Below are positions 22,364 through 34,600 of a stretch of 64,000 nt of DNA, one piece after another. Made by a program: the position numbers and the translations under genes. The stretch covers positions 1,922,001 through 1,986,000 of the forward strand of contig NW_025964212.1 of NCBI RefSeq assembly GCF_023055435.1, read 5' to 3'. Under the pieces are notes generated by a model. That model saw only the letters and a program-made list of their open reading frames with translations. It was not told the origin of the DNA and did no database searches. Each line of letters opens with the position of its first letter. Position 1 is the stretch's first letter. The stretch comes from Haliotis rufescens. Lineage: Eukaryota.

Positions 22364-23980
22364 CCATTTAAGAAATAATTCCCACTTGACAGTATATGCG
22401 GAATATTATTTACAAGGGAAACGAAACTGTGGATATATACTTATGATTCATATACAATTTCGCCACTACGTACTTTTGTTTTTAATATTTAAACGCCAGT
22501 TTGCGTTAGCTTTGGCCCGTTCATGTGTTTGTAAGGTTTAAAATCAAACAGAGTTCATTTAAATGCTGCAAGTCTGTGCTATTTTGTCAGTGAAAGCGAC
22601 AAAATCATTTCCATGATCATAAGAAATCTCCACAAAAGTCAATTGTACAAATGCGCTTGTAAAATCTCTGTACACAATCTGTTTATTCTTAATTCCCATT
22701 ACTCAGGAACTGCCGTTTCAAGGACATCGATGTTTAAGTTTAAAGAGGTTCTATCGTTTTGACCCAAATGAACGTATACAAAAACGTCTTCAACGTTCTG
22801 TATAACAAACACTGCCTGTCTTGACAAGCACTTGTTGGCAGCACTGTTGGCAGACTAAACAATCTCAGGAGCCATATACCTTTATAATAAACAGTATAAA
22901 TAGTATCTCTTTGTAGTTGTGACCAGTGTTATTATTTATGGTCCCACGTTACGTGTGTCTGGTTGCGTACAGCATGACGACCTGCACACATAAACATAAA
23001 ACGTCAACGTCACAGAATGAAACGTCAACGTCAGAGAATTACCGTCTCGATTATCCGCCGAAACAGATTCCATTGGGGGTAAAAGGTAACACAGAGGTGA
23101 GAACTATATGAATGGATCACCGAAAATCAGAGATGACACCAGTTGCTCGCGAGAAGGGTAAGCATACACTGCCATCACCGCTCACACAATTTTGTTTCGC
23201 TGTGCAGAGTTGCGTCCCTTGGGCACGCCAGAAACCTATGATTGTGGGTTCGAATCCCGGTTCGCCCCGATTATGTTTCTTGGTTTGTCAACACCATACC
23301 CGTTTCACCGAAGTGGTAAACGTCTGAGACCTGCATCACTTCGGGCTTTCCTCCCACATTAAGCTGACACGCCGTGATATAACTGGAATACTGTTAAAAG
23401 CGGCGTTAAATCCAACTCACTCACTCACTCACACAATTGTCATATGCGTTTGCTGCCTGACGAATGATAAAACGATAGAACAATGTGTATGACACAAATT
23501 TATTAACAATTGACTATCTACAAGATAAATGTCTATTTAAAATTTTTTGCATTTCTTTGCATTCATATGTACATGTGTGACATCTCAAAATGCCTTTTTG
23601 ATGATTGACATGTGACTTGAGTCTATAGGGATTTATTATATACACTGCATCATGTTCAAAGCAATATAATTCACTCGCTAATGGTATTGGATGAAACACA
23701 TTTTTGCGCTATGTACATTATTATGAGGTATAGCATGTGCATCTTTGTGGCTTTGTCATCGGGATATTAACCACAGCCATCAAACCACCACGATGTCGGT
23801 TTTAGCTACATTTCAATCTTTGAGCAACCTCAAATATATCAACATTAAGTTATGCAATTCTTTCAAAATAAACTAAAAAGGTAACTTACGTGAACAAGTA
23901 AGATAGTATAATTAAAACATTTAATTCTTTAATCACACCATCATAGATGAATGAGTGAATATTTCAGTAATATCGCGGTA

Positions 23981-24159
23981 CAGTAAACTACGGTTATAAC
24001 GAACATGCTTATAACGAACTGACGGATATAACGAACTATTTTTTGGGTTCTGTCTATTTGCTATATATATATATTCCGTACATTTGCCTATAACGAACTA
24101 CGGTTATAACGAATTAAAATTAGTGGTCCCATTCAGTTCGTTATAACCGTAGTTTACTG
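23981..24159. mobile_element. Same MITE family
   Basis: CAGTAAACTACGGTTATAACGAAC...GTTCGTTATAACCGTAGTTTACTG. Confidence 0.8.
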
Positions 24160-24337
24160 TCTGTCATTTTACTGTTGGGAGTAAGCACAAATTTTGTATA
24201 TAGCAAGTAGACTTAGATGACACCAACAAGAACTGATTAAGTGACGACAGGCAAGGACATGAATCGCTTTGAATCTGGAACTGGACTCATTCCTAGTGGA
24301 TTCTGTCATGGTTTAGAACGCAAAGTCTTACAGTGAA

Positions 24338-24502
24338 GGGGGGGTCGGGTAGCCTAGTGGTTAAAGCGTTCGCTCGTCACGCCGATGACCCGGGTTCGAT
24401 TCCCGACATGGGTACAATGTGTGAAGCCCATTGCTGGTGTCCCCCGCCGTGATATTGCTGGAATATTGCTAAAAGCTGCGTAAAACCATACTCACTCACT
24501 CA
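24338..24502 (+). mobile_element. SINE family A copy with TSD
   Basis: Flanked by CTTACAGTGAA (24327-24337 and 24503-24513). Further copies at ~16230-16378, ~24777-24932 and ~33600-33775 (all -). Confidence 0.85.
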
Positions 24503-25643
24503 CTTACAGTGAAAACGCGATTCCCTTAACCCCCAAGCAATCCGTCCCCCTATCTACGGCACTGAGTTCATGGTTTTGTTACGTGTGAATATTGTTTGAC
24601 GCCGCAGTCAGCTCTACTCCAGCTGTATCACACGGAGTCTTGTAATACAGACTGGGCTTGCCGAACTAGTGACTGGAATCACAGACAATTATCCAGGGGT
24701 TGGTATCACGCAGTCAGCTGACAAACACGCCGACCACCTGATCCCCACTGTAGTAAGTTCTTACGTCTCGCATAGGTGAGTGAGTGAGTATGGTTTTACG
24801 CCGCTTTTTGCAATATTCCAGCAATATCACGGCGGGGGACACCAGAAATGAGTTTCACACAAAGTACTCATGTTGGGAATCGAACCCGAGCCTTCAGCGA
24901 GACGAGCGAACGACTAAACCACTCGGCTACCGACTCATGAGGTAAAGAGGATATAATCTGAGTACATATGTGAATGCTATTGTTGCATGTTTGCCTCTGC
25001 AGGCAGAGGGACTCCAGTTAATAATGCATGTTTTGGACGAGTACGGGTATGATGCAGACAAACCATTAAAAGAAACATAATCAGGGATTCGAACTTAGAC
25101 ATTCAGCAAATTTCACTTTCCACTCTTGCTATTCGCCAACATGAAGAGAGCAGAAATATTTTTCACGCATTGTACCCATGCGGGGAACTGAAACCAGTGC
25201 CTTCGGCGTGATGAGAGGTCGCTTTCGTCCCTAGGCTACCCATTAACTCCGAAATACTCTTGAAATACCGCTGGCAATCACACTTGGATACCTTGTTGTG
25301 AATGGGGACCTGTGATTTTGTATCGAGGTTAGATATTTTTCAGCTTCAGCTAACAAAAGCAGATATAATTCATATGTAAAACGACGTTTTATTTTAAAAG
25401 AAATACACCTTGCAACAATGTAATTTTTTTGTGGCAGGCAATTTCTTTTTTCAGTCTGAATCATAAGTATTTTGTTCACAGAATTTTCTCTGACAATTGT
25501 TTTTCTAAAATCACTTGAACTTTTAGTTCATGTATATCCCTATTATACATTAAGTCATTCAAATATTACAAATATTGTAACACAATACAAAAAAAGACAA
25601 ATCCCTAACGCACACAACCATTTATCACAATTTGTGTTTCCTA

Positions 25644-28600
25644 TCAAAATATTTTTAAGCTTTCAACTGTTGTCTTAAACCCTGGGTTGTCGTAAAAATC
25701 TCCCGAAGGATTGTCCGAACTGCTATATGGCTTTCCAGCATTTGTGTACCCGTCTGAGTCTCTCGGTTGGCTTACTCGGGGCGGGGACGTATTAGGACCG
25801 CCATCAGAGGACGCAAGCAGTGCCCTTTCCTTTCTCCCCATCTGCCTGCCTCCACTCCGGCTGGTTGGCGTCTTTAGCGGGCTGTTATTGCTGGAGTTGT
25901 TTCCCTTGTGACCTTGACCTGGAGATGGTCCTCCTCTGGACGTGTCGTCTCTTTCCCTGTCTCCATCCGTCTTGTCCCACGAACGTTCTTCTCCATCGGG
26001 GATGTTGCGTTCTTCCTCAACTTTTCTACTTTGGTAACGCCTGTATCTTGAAGGAAAACATGGTCACAGCTTCAGGTCTGGGAGAGCGTAAAGAGAATAT
26101 TCAAATCAAATCCCCAATCTGCAATTAGCATAAACCAAGATAGACTACGTTTGCATATGTGTATATTCAGGCAAAACAGGCAAAACAAAAGATTAATAAT
26201 TACATAACAGCTATAATTGTGTTTCGTACTGACTATCATGTTTGTTTGTATTGTTTAACGCCGCACTCGGAAATCTTCTAACCATATGACCTCAGTCAGT
26301 AAATAATCGACATCATTTGTGTCAATCTGCGCAACTGGGATACGATGACATGCATCAACCAAGTCAGCGAGTCTGACCACCCGATCCCGTTAGTCGCCTC
26401 TTACAACAAGCATAGTCGTCTTTTACGGCAAGTATGGGTTGCTGAAGACCCATTCTACCCCGGATCTTCATGGGTCTCAGCAATATGTATTGCAGACACA
26501 TGTGGACATTAAAAGTAATCCAAATAAGTTCAACGCATATATTAACCTGTTATAACACATGACAATTCTTATCTATTTTCCATTCCAGCAATCAAAGGTC
26601 ATGCCTTTGGTGTCATGAATCGTGACATTTGTGGATGCCCTTACCCTCTGTTAGCAAACCGCGGCTCGCCAAAGTGAATACTCTACATCAAATGACAATA
26701 ATTGTGCCATCATTTGACCGACTAAATAAGCGTTTCAATTTCCATGGGAAGAATAGACTTCATTTGAAAACGCGACCCATTAAGTAGTTATTTTCCGTTT
26801 AGAATAACGAATACTGAGTGAAACATTGAGCTCCTAGTGTCAATGAAGAGACATATTCAAAACATATCAGAAATCATATCACAATTTTTCAATTATCATT
26901 ATGATAATAACTTGTTAGAAGGAACGATTTCCCGAGTCTTCTGTCCGCCGCAATTTGTTGTCTAGAATTTTGCTTCCCGTTAGCGTGACATAGCTATGAT
27001 ACTGGGTTCGAATCCCGTTCGCCCTGGTTTGTTTCGAGGTGTGTAGGCACCATGCCCGTGCTCTTTGATTTGTCTAAGTGATATACGTCTAAGACCTCAC
27101 TTCCGGCTTCCCCAAACACCCCCGTGCTATCTTGAAATATTATTGTTCAAAGCGGCGTTAAACCAAACTAACTCACCCAGAGACAACTGGAAAGTATGTA
27201 TCTTGTAATCTCTAAATGGACTGCAATGCACACTCGGGCATTAAGTAATAATGAGACATGGTTGGTGTATCTGACCTTCTCCTGCGGTAGCACAGGACGG
27301 CGACGATGACGATGATGATGAGAATCAACAGCAGGAGGCCGGTGGCAACCCCGCCGTAAGTTGCAGCGGAGTTGGATCCCGAGGCTGGAAGACCAAATAT
27401 TAAAAGAAAGAAAGAAAAATTATATAAACTGACGGGTAAAAAGAAAGTATACATTGAAAACTTTTTCTGACCAACAATTTACACACGCTATCCAAACGTT
27501 AATTGACTGAAAACATTGCAAACATGGCCCGAAACACAACTATAATATCCGTATCAATTACATCACCGTTCTAATAACCATTTCCTCCTTGTTGCATTAT
27601 TAGCGATCACCAAATATGGGTGGAGACATTTTGCCCGGTAGTTTACGTCTTTTAAACACATCCTCTAACAGGAAGTGATGAAATTTTCGTTACAGTGCCA
27701 CCATGAGTATGAATACTTTTTACCCGTTCCGACACATTTGTGACGTGGGCAATGGTTGTACAAGACAATGAACGACTTCTCTTTTTCCATATCAAAGGTC
27801 ATATATGCATCAGTCCAGCAGGTTCGTTGTGGTTAAAAGTGGAAAAATGTACGAAGAAATCTCTGCTGTATTGAAATTGTTTTTGCCTCGGCCGGTTTAT
27901 GAAATATCAAGTAGCATCACACGATAAAAACTGGGTATCTTGGTGTATCTTGAAAGAGACAGCGGAAGGACACAATATGAACCTGCATTTGAGTATGATT
28001 TTGATGGCATTCTCTATAGACATGAACACTAAGTACAGAATAACTTTCTTGTATTTATTTTGTTTTTTGTTCGTTCTGTAACTGAGAGTGAATCGGATTC
28101 AAACACTTGAATTATGACTCTTGCTATTAATGTGTTTGATTACTCAAGGCTTTGGTAAAGCCTTTTAAAAGGTTCAACAGTGTAGACACGTTAAGACCAT
28201 TTCCAAATCTGAATTTAGTGAAAGCGAGAGAATAGGGTCAGACAAGGGTCAGACAGGGGTCAGACAATGGTTTTATTGTATCATCAATCTTCTTTGGCAT
28301 CACACATAATAGTTGATGTCCTGACGCATTAAGTAAAATAATGAAGTGATTTGCATGTTTTTAAAGACAACAAGCAACAAGTAAGATTTTACGCACTCAA
28401 TCGGGACACAAAATGTCTTATGAGGTGTTTTACATACATTTTACGACTGTGGCACCTTCTTCTGTTTCCGGCACTGAGTTTGATACAGCTGCTGAAGTCA
28501 CGGCTTGGGAGCTGGGTGACGTGTCGCTGTTCGTTCTACTCGGCTCGGGAGTTGAATCCGGTTCTGGTTTCGTCTCTGGCAACGGCTCTGATGTTTGTGA

Positions 28601-31600
28601 CGTTGACGGAGAAGGTGTGCTTGACGGTATGCTTGCCACTGGTGAAAGCATTTGAATATTTGTCATGATCACAAGCCTCAAAAGGGGTCAACATGGCATA
28701 TTGCCATCGTGATTTTTTAGAGTTATATACTTCAAAAGTGAGGCTCTGCCGATATTAAGTCTGTCAATTCTATGTTTAAAAAAATGAATCACGAAGCCTT
28801 GTCAGAGCATTATAAAAAAAATTGATATTCCTAAGTGTAATATTTACGAGACGTAAATACAGGAGGTAAATAATCGTTTCATTATAATGTCATTCTTGGA
28901 GGAATTATATCTAAGCGTGAGAAATGGAAGTATGATGGACAACCGCTTGTGTGTGTACCTTTATAGAAATGCTTAGGATTAACGTTTAGGGGCTGTCGGG
29001 TAGCCTAGTGGTTAAAGCGTTAGCTCGTCACGCCGAAGACCCGGGTTCGATTCCCGACATGGGTACAATGTGTGAAGCCCATTTCTGGTGTCCCCCGCCG
29101 TGATATTGATGGAATATTGCTAAAAGCGGCGTAAAACCATATTCACTCACAAGGATTAACGTTTACTAAATCTCTATCATGGCCAAAACACGTAAAACAC
29201 ACTTCCTTGCAAGCTAAGAAGATTCTTCATGGTGTGTTAAAAGTTTATCAATACTTAAACCATTACCATTTCATTTATTTTGCAAAATATTTGACACCAA
29301 TATGAGCCCAATTTTACGTTTTGGTACACATATGCAAACGTAGTCTATCTTGGTTTATGCTAATTGCAGATTGGGGATTTGATTTGAATATTCTGTACAT
29401 ATGTTGGCCTGTATCCGCTTCCTGACTGTACAATCTACAACTTCAAATCATGTTGCTAGTGGTGAATGTGAAAGATACCCACTATATATTTATGCCTGTA
29501 AACGCGTTGTAAAATATTGGTGTAAAATTTTATATATGCCTGTCTCAAGGTTTTTGAGAAAATCCATACAAAATGCTGTTCACAATGGTTAAACAATCTG
29601 GGTTGGTTGGTTGTTTTACACCGCACTCAGCAATATTCCAGCTGTTTGACGGCATTAATGTATTAATGTCGTCCACTGACGAATACCCGATCAAAGACCT
29701 ATCAATGTACATCTGTAAAGAAATGAGTCCCCGACTACCTGTATTACCTTTGTATCATGGGCCTATGGCATTCAATATTGAATGTACCAAGTTGTTTGAT
29801 TGATATCTTTCTTAAAATATTCGTTCTTCAAGGTGTAACTTCAATCAATTGGGTAACTTTAGAAAGCACATATGAATAGAATCTTTGAGTGACCCTCCCC
29901 ATTTATCATATAGTGCCAGAATGTAAACCCCAGTTTACACCTAAGGAGAAAATAATGGTCAATACTTTAGTGAGCAAGAATGCACTGTATCCATGTATAG
30001 AACATGAAAGTAGTTCCTCCTTGATTGGTTGGTTGGTTTGTTGTTTGACGCCGCACTCAGCAATATTCCAGCTATATGACGGCGGTCTGTAAATAATCGA
30101 GTCTGGACCAGACAATCCAGTGATTGACATCATGAACATTGATCTACGCAGTTGGGATCGATGACATGCATCAACCAAGTCATCGAGTCTGACCACCTGA
30201 TCCCGTTAGTCGCCTTTTACGACACAGCGAAGTCGCCTTTTACGGCAAGCATGGGTTGCTGAAGACCTATTCTACCCTGGATCTTCGTGGGTCAAATCAA
30301 ACTGGGCCTCTAAAGATTGAAACTATCATACAATCAGGATTGGCATGGGGCGTTAACTGATAGCAGAAGTCATATAAATTTAACTTCAATACCAAATACT
30401 TTATCTCAGCCCTTACATGTCATAAATTTAGAAACGCGATGGCACACGTTAGTTGCAGTTTCCATCACCTAAGAATTGAATCAGGAAAATGTTCCAAAGA
30501 AAAGAGAGAAGATAGAATTTGTGTTATTTGTAAACCGAACTATATAGAAGGCGAATATCATTTTATTTTGATGTGTTAAACATATGATGATCTTAGAGCA
30601 AACCTAATAGCACAACATATTATACCTATGCTACTAGACACACGTTTAATGTATTAATGTCGTCCACTGACGAATACCCCATCAAAGACCTATCAATGTA
30701 CATCTGTAAAGAATATCATTTTATTTTGATGTGTTAAACATAATTATGATGATCTTAGAGCAAAACTAATAGCACAACATATTATACCTATGCTATTAGA
30801 CACACGTTTAAAGTATTAATGTCGTCCACTGACGAATATACCATCAAAGACCTATCAATGTACACCTGTAAAGAATATCATTTTATTTTGATGTGTTAAA
30901 CATAATTATGATGATCTTAGAGCAAGACTCATAGCACAACATATTATACCTATGCTACTAGACACACGTTTAATGTATTAATGTCGTCCACTGACGAATA
31001 CCCCATCAAAGACCTATCAATGTACACCTGTAAAGAATATCATTTTATTTTGATGTGTTAAACATAATTATGATGATCTTAGAGCAAAACTAATAGCACA
31101 ACATATTATACCTATGCTACTAGACACACGTTTAATGTATTAATGTCGTCCACTGACGAATACCCCATCAAAGACCTATCAATGTACATCTGTAAAGAAT
31201 ATCATTTTATTTTGATGTGTTAAACATAATTATGATGATCTTAGAGCAAAACTAATAGCACAACATATTATACCTATGCTATTAGACACACGTTTAAAGT
31301 ATTAATGTCGTCCACTGACGAATATACCATCAAAGACCTATCAATGTACACCTGTAAAGAATATCATTTTATTTTGATGTGTTAAACATAATTATGATGA
31401 TCTTAGAGCAAGACTCATAGCACAACATATTATACCTATGCTACTAGACACACGTTTAATGTATTAATGTCGTCCACTGACGAATACCCAATCAAAGACC
31501 TATCAATGTACATCTGTAAAGAATATCATTTTATTTTGATGTGTTAAACATAATTATGATGATCTTAGAGCAAAACTAATAGCACAACATATTATACCTA

Positions 31601-34600
31601 TGCTACTAGACACACGTTTAATGTATTAATGTCGTCCACTGACGAATACCCCATCAAAGACCTATCAATGTACATCTGTACAGAATATCATTTTATTTTG
31701 TTTTGTTAAACATAATTATGATGATCTAAGAGCAAAACTAATAGCGCAACATATTATACCTATGCTACTAGACACACGTTTAATGTATTAATGTCGTCCA
31801 CTGACGAATACCCGATCAAAGACCTATCAATGTACATCTGTACAGAATATCATTTTGTTTGATGTGTTAAACAGAATTATGATGATCTTAGAGCAGAACT
31901 AATAGCACAACATATTATACCTATGCTATTAGACACACGTTTAAAGTATTAATGTCGTCCACTGACGAATACCCCATCAAAGACCTATCAATGTACATCT
32001 GTACAGAATATCATTTTGTTTGATGTGTTAAACAGAATTATGATGATCTTAGAGCAGAACTAATAGCACAACATATTATACCTATGCTATTAGACACACG
32101 TTTAAAGTATTAATGTCGTCCACTGACGAATACCCCATCAAAGACCTATCAATGTACATCTGTACAGAATATCATTTTGTTTGATGTGTTAAATAGAATT
32201 ATGATGATCTTAGAGCAGAACTAATAGCACAACATATTATACCTATGCTATTAGACACACGTTTAAAGTATTAATGTCGTCCACTGACGAATACCCCATC
32301 AAAGACCTATCAATGTACATCTGTACAGAATATCATTTTGTTTGATGTGTTAAACATAATTATGATGATCTTAGAGCAAAACTAATAGCAGATCATATAA
32401 TACCTATGCTACTAGACACACGTTTAATGTATTAATGTCGTCCACTGACGAATACCCCATCAAATACCTATCAATGTACATTTATAAAGAATATCATTTT
32501 ATTTTGATGTGTTAAACATAATTATGATGATCTTAGAGTAAAACTAATAGCGCAACATATTATACCTATGCTACTAGACACACGTTTAATGTATTAATGT
32601 CGTCCACTGACGAATACCCCATCAAAGACCTATCAATGTACATCTGTACAGAATATCATTTTGTTTGATGTGTTAAACATAATTATGATGATCTTAGAGC
32701 AGAACTAATAGCAGATCATATTATACCTATGCTACTAGGCACACGTTTAATGTATTAATGTCGTCCACTGACGAATACCCGATCAAAGACCTATCAATGT
32801 ACATCTGTAAAGAAATGAGTCCCCGACTACCTGTATTACCTTTGTATCATGGGCCTATGGCATTCAATATTGAATGTACCAAGTTGTTTGATTGATATCT
32901 TTCTTAAAATATTCGTTCTTCAAGGTGTAACTTCAATCAATTGGGTAACTTTAGAAAGCACATATGAATAGAATCTTTGAGTGACCCTCCCCATTTATCA
33001 TATAGTGCCAGAATGTAAACCCCAGTTTACACCTAAGGAGAAAATAATGGTCAATACTTTAGTGAGCAAGAATGCACTGTATCCATGTATAGAACATGAA
33101 AGTAGTTCCTCCTTGATTGGTTGGTTGGTTTGTTGTTTGACGCCGCACTCAGCAATATTCCAGCTATATGACGGCGGTCTGTAAATAATCGAGTCTGGAC
33201 CAGACAATCCAGTGATTGATATCATGAGCATCGATCCACGCAATTGGGATCAATGACATGCATCAACCAAGTCATCGAGCCTGACCACCCGATCCCGTTA
33301 GTCGCCTTTTACGACAAGCATAGTCGCCTTTTACGGCAAGCATGGGTTGCTGTTCAAAGACCTATTCTACCCCGGAATCTTCACGGGTCTCCTCCTTGAT
33401 CACTTCGTTTTCACATGTGTTAATCGCATCGATAACACTGTCCATTGTTTGATGAAAGTGAATATCATTGTTCTTTATTCTACACAATATCAATGGAGAC
33501 AATGCACCTTTACTTCCTATTCTGCCTTGTGCCACTGTATTCGGGGGTCGTGTTCTCTGAGTGAGTGAGTGAGTGAGTGGCCGCTGTATTCGGGGGTCTG
33601 AGTGAGTGAGTGAGTGAGTGACTATGGTTTTACGCCGCTTTTAGCAATATTCCAGCAATATCAAGGCGGGGGACACCACAAATGGGCTTCACAGATTGTA
33701 CCCATGTCGGGAATCGAACCCGGGTCTTCGGCGTGACGAGCTAACGCTTTAACCTCTAAGCTACCTGACCGCCCCTGTGTTCTCTGAAGGTGTCATGTCC
33801 TAAAACGGAAATATTCACTGTAATCAGTTCTACCTTACCTGTTGTTGACGTGGCGCTCGACCCCGAGGTTGGTGTTGTTGATTGGGTAGACTGAGTTGTA
33901 GAGGATGCTGATGTTGTTTGTGTCGACGTCAAGGTAGACGATCCAGTTGTCGTAGACGTAGAAAGTGGTACTTTGCGGGTCTCACGTATTTTACCGCAAT
34001 CAACGGTAATATTCCCTCTACCTAAAAACCATTAAAATGTTTAATACGATTGTGTTGCTTAGGAGATGCATACACTTTGCTTTCCATAGAGTTAGAGCTA
34101 ACTTATATTGACAAACGAACGCGCAGCGAACTCTTTGGTGTCACCTAAGGTATAGAGTGATTTTGTTTGTTTGTTTGTTTGTTGTTTGACGCCGCACTCA
34201 GTAAAATTCCAGCTAAATGACGGCGGTCCGTAAATAATAGATTCTGGACCACAAAATCCAGTGTTTGACATCACGAGCATCGATCAACGCAATTGGGATA
34301 CGATGACATGCATCAACCAAGTCAGTGAACCTGACCACCCGGTCCTGTTAGTCGCCTCTTACAACAAGCATAGTCGCCTTTTACGGCAATCATGGGTTGC
34401 TGAAGACCTATTCTACCCCAAATCCAGTATGTGTATCTCTACCCGGATCGGTCTGGGACGTATTGAGTGAAGAGGTGTGGGTTGATGTCAGTGTTTTTGT
34501 TGTATATCCGAATTAATTAAACACCGAGAACAGCCTTTAAACAAAGCATGCCGCTGTATATGCTCAAACATTATTTTCTTTCCACAATTATACTTTACTT

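Noticed and set aside
24338-24415. tRNA genes suggested by A/B boxes
   Set aside because: These are SINE heads: no complete acceptor stem, followed by SINE body, simple-repeat tail and TSDs.
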